The translations under genes were made by a program, and so were the position numbers. This document shows, in pieces, positions 29,065-38,668 of a stretch of 64,000 nt of DNA (its first letter is position 1; each line of letters begins with the position of its first letter). This stretch comes from Methylophaga sp. (lineage in GTDB: Bacteria > Pseudomonadota > Gammaproteobacteria > Nitrosococcales > Methylophagaceae). The notes under the pieces were generated by a model, which saw only the letters and a program-made list of their open reading frames with translations, was not told where the DNA came from and made no database searches. The DNA lies in NCBI RefSeq assembly GCF_009711715.1, contig NZ_VENF01000010.1, forward strand, positions 526 to 64,525, written 5' to 3'.

Positions 29065-32000
29065 TCAGCACTGCTGCCATTGCTTTTCCAGGCGTTTAGG
29101 GCTGACCGGATAGGCGGTTTTCAACTCCTGGGCAAACACCGAGATCCGGAATTCCTCCAGCATCCAGCGATACTCAAAAAAAGCCGGGGTTTCTATCTTA
29201 TTCACTTTGCTGATGAATTTCTGCCAGTGTGGTTTGACTTCTGCCATGCGCTGCCGGTCCTTGGCTGGATCGGTAAGTAGTTTATCCAGCCGGATGCCGG
29301 CTGCCTGACAATAAACCGGTAGCCGTTTTAATGCTTCATCCGGGGTGTCATGAACAAAACCCTGATAAACAAGAAAGCTGAGCTGTTCCTTGATGTCATT
29401 GACAGCATTAATCGCTGCAAGGGGAATGTTGCCACCAAGCCGCTTGGCGATGGCATGATACTCAGCCAATGGTGCTGCAATATTCGAAGCCAGATCTGAG
29501 GCTGTTTTAATTAAATCGCCACGGCGGTGATTGAGCCTTTGCTCGAATTCCTCACGGCTGTGGATAGCCGGTTGCTCAAGAATAAAACAGCGATCAAACG
29601 CCACATTGATCAAATCGGTTTTGAGTTGCTCACAGGGCGTCAGCTTGCTGTTGGTCTTGTCCCCATAAGGGGAGGGCGGCACATTGGCATAATGCAGACA
29701 CATTTCCTTTATGCCAGGCAGGTTTTTCTGCAGGTATTTAACAGCATCGGCCTGTGCCAGCATAAACAGACGTCGCAGACCCAGCCGGGTCAGTTGATGG
29801 GCCTGAGAGGGCGTATCCATCAGGGTCAGATCAACACTGTCTCCCTTGTCGACCAGTGCCGGGTAGGCGGTCATCTCCAACCCGTTCTGTTCCAGTGTGA
29901 TCTGTTCCGGCAAGTCATTAAATGACCAGCTGGTCAGCCCGGTTTTTTCATAATCACTGTCCGGGATCTGGCGGAAACTGGCAGCCGCTTCCCGCGCCCA
30001 GTCCTCTTTCAGGCGATTCAGATCACGGCTCTCGTCCAGTAATTTGCCGTCATCATCGATCAGTCTGAAGTTCATCTGCAGGTAAAGTGGTAGTTCTTCC
30101 GTGCGCCAGTCTTTTTCATCAATTTCGACACCGGTCAGCTTGCGCAGGCGCTCACTCAAGGCTAGCAGCAAGGCACCAGACTCAGGCGATAAATCTTTCA
30201 GACAATCATCGGCGTATTTCGGCACCGGAATAAAATGTCGGCGCAAAGACTTAGGCAGGGCTTTGAGCAGGAAAATGATTTTATCCCGCAGTAGTCCCGG
30301 CACCAGCCATTCGTAGCGCTCGGCACTGGTCTGATTCAGCAGTGACAGTGGAATGGTCTGAGTAATCCCATCGTGCTGTTTGCCCGGTTCGAAATGATAT
30401 TCCAGTTTGAGCGGTACCCGGTTAACCAGCATCTGGTCCGGGTAATAATCGGCCGTGACCTGTTCGGCCTGATGCTGCATCAGTTGCGCTTTATTCAGAA
30501 ACAGCAAATGGGGGTCTGTTTTTTCGGCTTGTTTACGCCATTTTTCAAAACCGGCGCCGTTAATGATGTCATGTGGAATCCGGCTGCGATAAAAATCAAA
30601 CAGAATCTCTTCATCCACGAGCACATCACGGCGGCGGGATTTCTGTTCCAGCAGTTCGACTTCCTCAATCAGACGCTGATTATGACGGAAGAAAGGGGCG
30701 CGGCAATCCCAGTCACCATTGACCAGGGCTTCACGGATAAAAATCTGGTTGGCGAGATCAGGATCCAGCGGCCCATAGTGAACCCGGCGACGGTTGACGA
30801 TGGGGAGTCCGTACAGGGAAACGGACTCAAAAGCGACCACCTGGGCCGGTTTCTTTTCCCAATGTGGATCACTGTATTGGCGCTTAACCAGGCTGCCGGC
30901 GACAGGTTCGATCCATTCCGGTTCGATCTTGGCATTGATACGGGCATAGAGCTTACCGGTTTCCACCAGTTCGGCCGCCATCAGCCATTTCGGCCCTTTT
31001 TTATGCAGTGCAGAGCCGGGGAAAATCCCCAGTTTCAAATTACGGGCGCCGGTGTATTCGTACTTGTCAGTTTTGACTGCAATATGGCTGAGCAGACCAC
31101 TCAACAAGGCTTGATGAATCGAGTCGTAGCCCGCCTCCTGACTGTTGAATTTCAGTTTGAGTTCAGCCAGCTGAACATGCAGTTGCTGATGAATATCATG
31201 CCATTCCCGCAATCGAAGAAAGGAGAGGAAGTTTTCTTTGCAGTATTTGCGCAGCTTGTTCTGGCTCAGGTGTTTTTTCTTGTCATGGTACAAAGCCCAA
31301 AGCTTGAGAAAACCGATGAAATCAGAACGTTCATCTTTGTATTTTGAATGCGCTTCATCGGCCGCCTGCTGCTTATCCATGGGCCGCTCACGCGGATCCT
31401 GAATGCTGAGTGCACTGGCAATGACCAGGACTTCGGTCAGGCTGCCAAGTTCACCGGCTTTGAGCAGCATGCGGGCAATTCGCGGATCGATGGGAAGTTT
31501 TGCCAGTTGACGGCCGATCTCGGTAATGCGTCGTTGCCTGTCGACGGCGCCGAGCTCGTCAAGCAGACGGTAACCATCATTAATCATTTTCTGTGGCGGC
31601 GGATTAATGAAGGGGAATTTAGCCGGGTCGCCCAGCTTGAGGGCTGACATCTGCAAAATGACCGAGGCCAGATTGGTGCGCAGAATTTCCGGATCGGTAA
31701 AGGCTGGCCGTGTTTCGAAGTCCTCTTCATCATAGAGCCGGATACAGATACCGGCCGCAACCCGGCCGCAACGACCGGCGCGCTGATTGGCGCTGGATTG
31801 TGAGATTTTCTCAATCGGCAGCCGCTGTACTTTATTGCGGACGCTATAGCGGCTGATACGGGCATTACCGGGATCAACGACGTAGCGGATGCCGGGGACC
31901 GTCAGAGAAGTCTCAGCCACATTGGTTGAGAGAATAATGCGGCGCTGTCCACCGGTTTTAAACACCCGATTCTGCTCGGCAGCCGATTGCCGGGCGAACA

Positions 32001-32949
32001 AAGGCAGAATTTCAGTTTGCGGCGGATGATGTTTTCGTAAGGCTTCCGATACATCACGGATATCTCGCTCGCCGGCAAGGAATATCAGCACATCCCCCGG
32101 CCCCTCGCGACATAGTTCATCCACGGCAGCAACAATGCCTGACACCATATCGTAGTCGGGTGATTCTTCATCCGGCGTCTGCAGAGGCCGATAACGAATA
32201 TCAACGGGGTAGGTTCGGCCGCTGACTTCTATCACCGGCGCATTATCAAAATGCCTGGAAAAGCGCTCGGTATCTATTGTGGCGGAGGTGATAATGACCT
32301 TGAGGTCAGGGCGTTTTGGCAGCAGCTGCTTGATATAGCCGAGCAGAAAATCGATGTTGAGGCTGCGTTCATGAGCCTCATCAATGATCAGCGTGTCGTA
32401 CTGGTTGAGAAACTTGTCGTTCTGGGTTTCGGCCAGCAGGATGCCATCAGTCATCAGCTTGACGTAGCTGCGTTCAGCATTGACGTGATCGTGGAAACGG
32501 ACTTTGTAGCCTACCGTCTGACCAATCTCAGAATTCAGTTCTTCGGCAATGCGAGTGGCCACAGTGCGTGCAGCAATCCGGCGGGGCTGAGTGTGGCCAA
32601 TCAGGCCGTTAACCCCACGACCCAGCTCCAGACAGATTTTGGGTAGTTGCGTGGTCTTACCTGAACCGGTTTCACCGCAGAGGATGATGACCTGATTATC
32701 TGCGATTGCCTGTTTGATTTCCTTGCGTCGCTCGATAACCGGCAGATCGGCTTCGAAGCTGGGCTTGGGAATATTTTGGCGTCGCTTTTCCGCGCGCTCG
32801 ACAGAGGCAATGACCTGCTGCGCCAAACCGGCAAGCTTATCCTGATTCTGTTCTTTTTTCAGTCTGTGCCAGCGCTGAGTCAGGCGGTGCCTGTCGCTCA
32901 GCATCGTTGACTGCAGCAGTTTGTCGAGGTCGGGTGTTGAGATACTCAC
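29065..32949 (-). CDS. hrpA: ATP-dependent RNA helicase HrpA
   Basis: GETGSGKTTQLPK, DEAHER, SAT, QRAGRCGR, HA2, DUF3418 C-terminus (RWMLEEFRISVFAQ). Confidence 0.98.
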   Translation of the reverse strand: MSISTPDLDKLLQSTMLSDRHRLTQRWHRLKKEQNQDKLAGLAQQVIASVERAEKRRQNIPKPSFEADLPVIERRKEIKQAIADNQVIILCGETGSGKTTQLPKICLELGRGVNGLIGHTQPRRIAARTVATRIAEELNSEIGQTVGYKVRFHDHVNAERSYVKLMTDGILLAETQNDKFLNQYDTLIIDEAHERSLNIDFLLGYIKQLLPKRPDLKVIITSATIDTERFSRHFDNAPVIEVSGRTYPVDIRYRPLQTPDEESPDYDMVSGIVAAVDELCREGPGDVLIFLAGERDIRDVSEALRKHHPPQTEILPLFARQSAAEQNRVFKTGGQRRIILSTNVAETSLTVPGIRYVVDPGNARISRYSVRNKVQRLPIEKISQSSANQRAGRCGRVAAGICIRLYDEEDFETRPAFTDPEILRTNLASVILQMSALKLGDPAKFPFINPPPQKMINDGYRLLDELGAVDRQRRITEIGRQLAKLPIDPRIARMLLKAGELGSLTEVLVIASALSIQDPRERPMDKQQAADEAHSKYKDERSDFIGFLKLWALYHDKKKHLSQNKLRKYCKENFLSFLRLREWHDIHQQLHVQLAELKLKFNSQEAGYDSIHQALLSGLLSHIAVKTDKYEYTGARNLKLGIFPGSALHKKGPKWLMAAELVETGKLYARINAKIEPEWIEPVAGSLVKRQYSDPHWEKKPAQVVAFESVSLYGLPIVNRRRVHYGPLDPDLANQIFIREALVNGDWDCRAPFFRHNQRLIEEVELLEQKSRRRDVLVDEEILFDFYRSRIPHDIINGAGFEKWRKQAEKTDPHLLFLNKAQLMQHQAEQVTADYYPDQMLVNRVPLKLEYHFEPGKQHDGITQTIPLSLLNQTSAERYEWLVPGLLRDKIIFLLKALPKSLRRHFIPVPKYADDCLKDLSPESGALLLALSERLRKLTGVEIDEKDWRTEELPLYLQMNFRLIDDDGKLLDESRDLNRLKEDWAREAAASFRQIPDSDYEKTGLTSWSFNDLPEQITLEQNGLEMTAYPALVDKGDSVDLTLMDTPSQAHQLTRLGLRRLFMLAQADAVKYLQKNLPGIKEMCLHYANVPPSPYGDKTNSKLTPCEQLKTDLINVAFDRCFILEQPAIHSREEFEQRLNHRRGDLIKTASDLASNIAAPLAEYHAIAKRLGGNIPLAAINAVNDIKEQLSFLVYQGFVHDTPDEALKRLPVYCQAAGIRLDKLLTDPAKDRQRMAEVKPHWQKFISKVNKIETPAFFEYRWMLEEFRISVFAQELKTAYPVSPKRLEKQWQQC

Positions 32950-32973
32950 AGCATCAATGCAAAAGCATCTATT

Positions 32974-33948
32974 TTACAGCTTCCAGACCAGTGACGCAGT
33001 ATATCTGAAATCATTTTTACTGATATCTTCCTCGGTGGCAGAGTCGTATTCATTCAACAAGCCCAGTTTCAGCGCGACACCGACGAAGCTGTTCAGATCC
33101 AGCACCCAGTCAAATGAGGTCAGATTCCGGTATTCAGCGGTATCACGCAGGCTGGGATAGAAGGTATTGGCAAACTCAACATGTTGATATTCATTCATAT
33201 CCCATTGCGTTTCAATGCCAATCAGTCCTTCTGGTGTGAACTCTTCACGTTCTCCGCCAAAGGTCTGATTGAAACCCAGACCGGTACGACCCAGCAGCAG
33301 CCAGTCATCTGTTTTGACAAATTCATAACCGACACCGCCGTTGGCATTGACCCTCAGGTCCCAGTCCTTGAATTCATCCCAGTCCAGGCGACCGCCGGCG
33401 AAATGGAACCAGGGGGTTTGCGGCCGCAGCCAGTCACGGTTAATGGAGGTATAGAAACTGTGATCGGATAATTCATCTTCTGATTTTGCCCTGAAATAAG
33501 CGGTGTTGTGGGATATACGGGTAAAGTCACTGGTGTAATCGGCAGTAAACCCGATATTGACTTGGTGGTTTCTGGATTTACCTGCACTGCCGGCGATACC
33601 CAGATCTACCCGGCGTTTCCAGTTGGTGAGCAACCCTGTACCAAAGAGTCCGTGATCAGTGGGTTTCCGGCTTGTATTTCGGGGGGCGGGCGCAGCGGCA
33701 ATTTGTTTGGCCTGCGACTGGCTGACGACCTGTTCAACAGTCAAGACCTGATTCTTATCAAGTTTGATTTCACCCAGTACAGGATGAACAACGGTAAAAT
33801 GGGTTTCAGTCTCACTCTTCAGCTCAGCAGTCAGTTCATCTCCATTGACCAGTTCAATTCTGGACTGGGCTGCCTGCAGCGGCGAGCTGAGCAGACCGAA
33901 GCTGAAGAGAGAGGCTAATGCGATTGCAGAAAGCTGGTTAACAGACAC
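32974..33948 (-). CDS. DUF481 family outer-membrane beta-barrel protein
   Basis: GTG 33948 with AGGA RBS; signal peptide; NGDEL N-domain; amphipathic strands ending in YTASLVWKL. Confidence 0.8.
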   Translation of the reverse strand: MSVNQLSAIALASLFSFGLLSSPLQAAQSRIELVNGDELTAELKSETETHFTVVHPVLGEIKLDKNQVLTVEQVVSQSQAKQIAAAPAPRNTSRKPTDHGLFGTGLLTNWKRRVDLGIAGSAGKSRNHQVNIGFTADYTSDFTRISHNTAYFRAKSEDELSDHSFYTSINRDWLRPQTPWFHFAGGRLDWDEFKDWDLRVNANGGVGYEFVKTDDWLLLGRTGLGFNQTFGGEREEFTPEGLIGIETQWDMNEYQHVEFANTFYPSLRDTAEYRNLTSFDWVLDLNSFVGVALKLGLLNEYDSATEEDISKNDFRYTASLVWKL

Positions 33949-33961
33949 GGTTAAGTTCCTG

Positions 33962-33998
33962 TAAAAAAATAAAAAAGGCAGCACCATAGGGTGCTGCC
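33962..33998 (-). terminator. Rho-independent terminator after the pentapeptide gene, in the DUF481 leader
   Basis: Minus strand GGCAGCAC-cctatg-GTGCTGCC followed by TTTTTTATTTTTTT. Confidence 0.75.
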
Positions 33999-34030
33999 CG
34001 CGCATTATACAGGGGAGATTTTGAAAAAAA

Positions 34031-34492
34031 TCAGCAGTCGTTATTATTTATTTCGCCATCGGGCATGATTGTGTTGCAGTAGATTATGCCGCGAAGCTGA
34101 GCGCCTTCAAGATTGGCGCCGGTGAGATCGGCGTCACGCAGATCAGCAAAAATCATCTGACTTCCGGCGAGGTTGGTGTTTTTCAGATTAGCGCCATTGA
34201 GTTCAGCATAATCCAGCAGCGAGCCGGATATGTCAGCACCTTCAAGATTGGCACCCTGCATACGGGAATGAGTAAACCAGACACCCACCAGTTTAGCGTG
34301 ACTGAGATCGATGTTTTTGAGATTGGCTTCGCTCATGTCAGCGCCACTTAAATCTTCACCACTCAGCTCAGCCTCACTGAGGTTACAGAAATTACACTGG
34401 CGGGTTTCCAGCAGACGATCCAGATACACCTTTTCGTAGGCAACGGCAGTGCCGGTAATGATAAGGCCAATGATAAAAAGCGCTTTATTCAT
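34031..34492 (-). CDS. Secreted pentapeptide-repeat protein
   Basis: Signal peptide; C..CNLSEAELS, A(D/N)Lxx repeats, CNTIMPDG C-terminus. Confidence 0.92.
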   Translation of the reverse strand: MNKALFIIGLIITGTAVAYEKVYLDRLLETRQCNFCNLSEAELSGEDLSGADMSEANLKNIDLSHAKLVGVWFTHSRMQGANLEGADISGSLLDYAELNGANLKNTNLAGSQMIFADLRDADLTGANLEGAQLRGIIYCNTIMPDGEINNNDC

Positions 34493-34504
34493 GGTTTTCT
34501 CCAG

Positions 34505-35101
34505 CTACGCTGCGGGCCATTTCCCGCGGAAAAATTGTTGATTTAATGGACGGCGCTGACGCGGCTTAAGTTCCCGCTCCATTTGTTCTTCTGTCAGGCT
34601 GTCCAGCGGAGCGGGGTGGCCGATGGCAATCATAGACCAAAGCTGAATATTCTCAGGGATGTTAAAAGCCGCACGCATTTTGTCAGGATCATAGCCACCC
34701 ATCTGATGACTCATTAATCCCAGCGAAGTTGCCTGTAGACACAGGCTGAGACTCGCAGCGCCGGTATCATGTCCGACCCAGGGATTCTTTTTGTCTTTCT
34801 CACGAAACTGAGTGGCAGATGCTGCCAGGATCAGCAGCGGAGCATTCTGGGCCCAGGTCTGGTTGCCGGGTGCCAGCGAATCAAAGGCTTTGGCCCACGC
34901 GGCCTTGTCAGTGAACCTGTTACATATCAGATAACGCCAAGGTTCCTCACCCGAGCAGGAGGGGGCCCAGCGCGCCGCTTCGGTGAGCGCAATAATGTGT
35001 TCTTCGCTGACCGCCAGGTCAGGGTCGTACGCCCGGCCGCTCCAGCGTTCTGCAAGAATGAGTTCAATGGGTTGTTCTGTCTCAGCCGGTTTTTGAATCA
35101 T
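34505..35101 (-). CDS. Nitroreductase family protein
   Basis: RWSGRAY, AARWAPSC..EPWRY, DTGAA..L.LQA..LGL..HQMGG; start ATG 35101. Confidence 0.93.
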   Translation of the reverse strand: MIQKPAETEQPIELILAERWSGRAYDPDLAVSEEHIIALTEAARWAPSCSGEEPWRYLICNRFTDKAAWAKAFDSLAPGNQTWAQNAPLLILAASATQFREKDKKNPWVGHDTGAASLSLCLQATSLGLMSHQMGGYDPDKMRAAFNIPENIQLWSMIAIGHPAPLDSLTEEQMERELKPRQRRPLNQQFFRGKWPAA

Positions 35102-35105
35102 GCCG

Positions 35106-35399
35106 CTACCTGGGTAATTGAATGGAAGGTTCTTTGGCAGGACGGTAGAAACCACCGATATTGCCGATAACCAGCACCAGATCAGCACCGGTTCGTTGGG
35201 CAATCTCATCCAATATCGCTTTGCGTTCCGCGCGCTCCTGACCGCTAATACGGACTTTAATGAGTTCGTGATGTTCCAGGGCATTGTCGATTTCCGCGAC
35301 AACAGTGTCTGTGAGACCGCTGTTACCCAGCATCACCACCGGTTTGAGAGAGTGCGCCAAACCTTTGAGGTAGCGTTTTTGTTTATCCGTGACTGCCAT
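35106..35399 (-). CDS. yhbY: RNA-binding CRM-domain protein YhbY
   Basis: KQKRYLKGLAHSLKPVV, HELIKVRI, IGNIG..YRP; start ATG 35399. Confidence 0.95.
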   Translation of the reverse strand: MAVTDKQKRYLKGLAHSLKPVVMLGNSGLTDTVVAEIDNALEHHELIKVRISGQERAERKAILDEIAQRTGADLVLVIGNIGGFYRPAKEPSIQLPR

Positions 35400-35447
35400 G
35401 AAGTGCGTTACCTGTTTAAAATATGCGGAGTATAACAGGAACCCAAT

Positions 35448-37649
35448 ATGGCTAAACAACACAAGTTTACGGTCACCGCGGCACGGGGCATGTTGCCGCT
35501 GCTGGCTGATGAACTCAAGCAACTCGGTATCAAGCAAAGCAAGCAGGAACAGGGCAATATCCGTTTCACCGGCACGCTGGAAGACGCCTATAAAGTCTGT
35601 TTGTGGTCCCGGGTCGCGATTCGCGTGTTAATGCCAGTCGCCACTGTCCGCGCGGAAACGCCTGAGCAACTCTATGACGCTGTCACCGCTTTACCGTGGG
35701 AAGATCACCTGGAAGCGGAAGACAGCACCCTGGCTGTCGACTTCAATAGTTTCCGTTCCAAGATCAAACACAATCAATACGGTGCGCAGAAAGTCAAAGA
35801 TGCAATTGTGGATCGTTTCCGATCATTGACCGGCGTTCGTCCATCGGTGGATCTGCAACAGCCGGATATCCGCGTTAATGTCTACCTGCGCCATAATCAG
35901 GCGACAGTCAGCATTGATTTATCCGGTGAGAGCCTTCATCGGCGTGGCTATCGCGTCCGCAATACCCAGGCACCTCTGAAAGAACATCTCGCCGCCGCTA
36001 TTTTACTCAGTGCCGAGTGGCCCAAACTGGCAAGACAAGGCTGGGCTCTGGTGGATCCGATGTGTGGTTCCGGTACCTTTTTGATCGAAGCGGCAATGAT
36101 GGCAGCCGATATCGCGCCCGGCATTCTGCGCGATTACTTCGGTTTCAGCTATTGGAAACAGCATGACCGTGAAGCCTGGAAAAAACTGAAAGCTGATGCA
36201 GAACGTCGGCGTCAGGCCGGATTATCCAGACTGCCTTTGATAACAGGCGGTGATGCCGATCCTCAGGCAGTCGAAGCGGCGCAGGCCAATATTGCTGAAG
36301 CCGGCCTGAGTGACTGGATTCAGGTCGCTGAAAGAAGGCTGCTGGACTGGCCGGCGGAACGCCAATCTTTGCCTGCTGCAGGTCTGCTGGTCTGTAATCC
36401 GCCTTACGGTGAACGGATGGGAGAATCCGCGTCGCTGTATCGGATCTATGAGAGTCTGGGCGATATCATGCGTGAGTCATTGCCTGGCTGGCGCAGTGCT
36501 GTGATTACCGATAATCCGCAACTGGGTAAATTTACCGGCCTGACCCTGTTCGACAGTGTGCCTTTTGATAACGGCCCAATTGAATGTGAAGTCTTATTCT
36601 TCCGTGCCTGTAAGCCGGTTGCCAGTGCTGGTCAGCCCCAAACCGCGCCTGACCCGATCATCAGCGACAGCGCTCCGGAACCTGACCAGATTGAAATCAG
36701 TGAGCAGGGCGATATGTTTGCCAATCGACTCAAGAAAAATCTCAAGCATCTGGCGAAATGGGCACGAAAGAACGCAGTCAGTTGCTATCGCATCTATGAT
36801 GCCGATTTGCCTGACTATGCACTGGCTATCGATCTTTATGATGATCAGGTGCATGTTCAGGAGTACGCGCCACCCAAGCAGATAGATCCGCAAAAAGCGG
36901 TTGAGCGCCTCAAGGAAGCAATGCAGATTATTCCTGATGTGCTGGAATTACCGGCTACCCATGTCAGCCTCAAAGTCAGGCAGAAACAACGTGGTTTGAA
37001 TCAATATGAAGCCCAGGCCGCTCAGAACAAACGCTTTCAGGTGGAGGAAAACGGCCTGAAATTCTGGGTCAACCTGAAGGATTATCTCGATACCGGCCTG
37101 TTCCTGGATCATCGTGATACACGCCAGATGTTGATGCAGATGGCTTCTGGTAAAGCCGTTCTCAACTTGTTCTGTTACACCGGTTCCGCCACCGTCTATG
37201 CCGCTGCGGGCGGCGCCAGCAGTACAACCAATGTTGATATGTCCAATACCTACTTAAAGTGGGCACAGGACAATATGCAGTTGAATGGTTTTGACGGTGA
37301 GCAGCACCACTTTATCCGCGCCAACTGCTTGGAGTGGTTACAAGCGGCGCAGCAGGGAGCACAGCGGTTTGACCTGATCTTTCTGGACCCGCCGACTTTT
37401 TCCAATTCCACTCGGATGGAAGGCGTGTTCGATATCCAGCGTGATCATGTCTCCCTGATTCAGATGGCAGCCAATTTGCTGAAACCTGCAGGCCAACTGG
37501 TATTTTCCACCAATCGCCGTGATTTTAAAATGGCGGTTGAGAACATGGAGGGACTGGCATTAAAAGATATCAGTAGTGAAACCATTCCACGGGATTTTGA
37601 ACGCAACAAAAAAATCCATCAATGCTGGCTGGTGACCAAAAACGGCTGA
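35448..37649 (+). CDS. rlmKL: Bifunctional 23S rRNA m2G2445/m7G2069 methyltransferase RlmKL
   Basis: THUMP domain, LHRRGYR, DPMCGSGT, NPPYG; second MTase DTGLFLDHR, NLFCYTG, DPPTFSNS. Confidence 0.97.
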   Translation: MAKQHKFTVTAARGMLPLLADELKQLGIKQSKQEQGNIRFTGTLEDAYKVCLWSRVAIRVLMPVATVRAETPEQLYDAVTALPWEDHLEAEDSTLAVDFNSFRSKIKHNQYGAQKVKDAIVDRFRSLTGVRPSVDLQQPDIRVNVYLRHNQATVSIDLSGESLHRRGYRVRNTQAPLKEHLAAAILLSAEWPKLARQGWALVDPMCGSGTFLIEAAMMAADIAPGILRDYFGFSYWKQHDREAWKKLKADAERRRQAGLSRLPLITGGDADPQAVEAAQANIAEAGLSDWIQVAERRLLDWPAERQSLPAAGLLVCNPPYGERMGESASLYRIYESLGDIMRESLPGWRSAVITDNPQLGKFTGLTLFDSVPFDNGPIECEVLFFRACKPVASAGQPQTAPDPIISDSAPEPDQIEISEQGDMFANRLKKNLKHLAKWARKNAVSCYRIYDADLPDYALAIDLYDDQVHVQEYAPPKQIDPQKAVERLKEAMQIIPDVLELPATHVSLKVRQKQRGLNQYEAQAAQNKRFQVEENGLKFWVNLKDYLDTGLFLDHRDTRQMLMQMASGKAVLNLFCYTGSATVYAAAGGASSTTNVDMSNTYLKWAQDNMQLNGFDGEQHHFIRANCLEWLQAAQQGAQRFDLIFLDPPTFSNSTRMEGVFDIQRDHVSLIQMAANLLKPAGQLVFSTNRRDFKMAVENMEGLALKDISSETIPRDFERNKKIHQCWLVTKNG

Positions 37650-37741
37650 ATGATCTTCACAAAAATTTCCCGTCAGATTCACATTAAATTGTCATCTTCA
37701 CTGCGCATAATGCTCCCGAATTCAACAAAAGGGAGCTCAAC

Positions 37742-37894
37742 ATGTCACCAGTACAAAGTCATTTTAAGTCTTTGCAAGAGTGGGAAATGTTCGGACCGGA
37801 TCTGGGGGATGAATACTTTCCCAAATTCACGACGCCGACCCAGTCCTATGAGCAGTGGTTACAGGAAAATCCGGAAGGTTACGTCAATCAGTAA
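37742..37894 (+). CDS. Small hypothetical protein (50 aa)
   Basis: MSPVQSHFKSLQEWEMFGPDLGDEYFPKFTTPTQSYEQWLQENPEGYVNQ; GGGAG RBS; fills the gap between rlmKL and the convergent parA-like gene. Confidence 0.55.
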   Translation: MSPVQSHFKSLQEWEMFGPDLGDEYFPKFTTPTQSYEQWLQENPEGYVNQ

Positions 37895-37899
37895 AGTAA

Positions 37900-38661
37900 C
37901 TAGGCTGAGAACTCTTTCAGCGTGGCTTTGATATCTTGCCAGAGCTGTGCGTAAGCACGGCTTACCGGTGAGGCCCTGTCGAAAGAGGGTAGTGGTGCGC
38001 GATAGTCTCCCATACGCTCAACAGCAGCTGCATAGGGAATGGGTGTCGGTAAGCCATTTTTCAACATTTTGGGGGGATGAGTCAGCATCACCCGGTGCAG
38101 ACTGCGGCGTCGATCGACCATGGTGAAAAAGGCATGTAACCGTTTGGGTTTGAGTTTGTTCTGCTTGAAGAACTCATGGGTCTGTTCGAAAGTCCGAAGC
38201 GACAAGTGGGTAGGAATAATCGGGACGTAAAGCGAATCCGCAGTTTCAAATATCTGCTCGGTCAGCAGGGAAAAGCTGGGCGGGCAGTCGAGCACCACCA
38301 GCGCATAATTTTCACCAAATGGCTCTACCAGCTTGGCAATCAGATTCCGTTTACCCTGATCGCTTTGAGAAATCAGTTGCTGATCCAGGTGACGCAGGGA
38401 AAAATCTGACGGAATCACATCCAGATGTTCATAATCGGTCGGCCTGACCAGATCACCAATCGGTGTTTTACCACTTAGAATTTTTTTGGGACGGGTTTTT
38501 TCTTTGGCTTTGGTATTCAGCAGCCAACTCGCCGCCCCCTGCGGATCCAGATCCCATAGCAGGGTGGGAATGCCCTCATTAGCGGCATGCCAGGCAATAT
38601 TCACAGCGGAGGTGGTTTTGCCGACACCGCCTTTGAGGTTAAAAAATGCAATCGTTTCCAC
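37900..38661 (-). CDS. ParA/MinD-family ATPase
   Basis: Deviant Walker A NLKGGVGKTT, DLDPQG, LDCPP, IIPT.LS; start GTG 38661. Confidence 0.92.
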   Translation of the reverse strand: METIAFFNLKGGVGKTTSAVNIAWHAANEGIPTLLWDLDPQGAASWLLNTKAKEKTRPKKILSGKTPIGDLVRPTDYEHLDVIPSDFSLRHLDQQLISQSDQGKRNLIAKLVEPFGENYALVVLDCPPSFSLLTEQIFETADSLYVPIIPTHLSLRTFEQTHEFFKQNKLKPKRLHAFFTMVDRRRSLHRVMLTHPPKMLKNGLPTPIPYAAAVERMGDYRAPLPSFDRASPVSRAYAQLWQDIKATLKEFSA

Positions 38662-38668
38662 AATAGGC

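Noticed and set aside
30373-31347. 324-aa plus-strand ORF (and other long shadow ORFs such as 40517-41296, 52551-53207, 20115-20699)
   Set aside because: Antisense to well-supported genes (hrpA, ppk1/DUF6231, RND permease, ligA), with no recognisable motifs or RBS; typical shadow frames.
34031-34492. Periodic DNA pattern suggesting a tandem repeat or CRISPR array
   Set aside because: Explained by pentapeptide-repeat coding; no identical repeats with unique spacers anywhere in the window.
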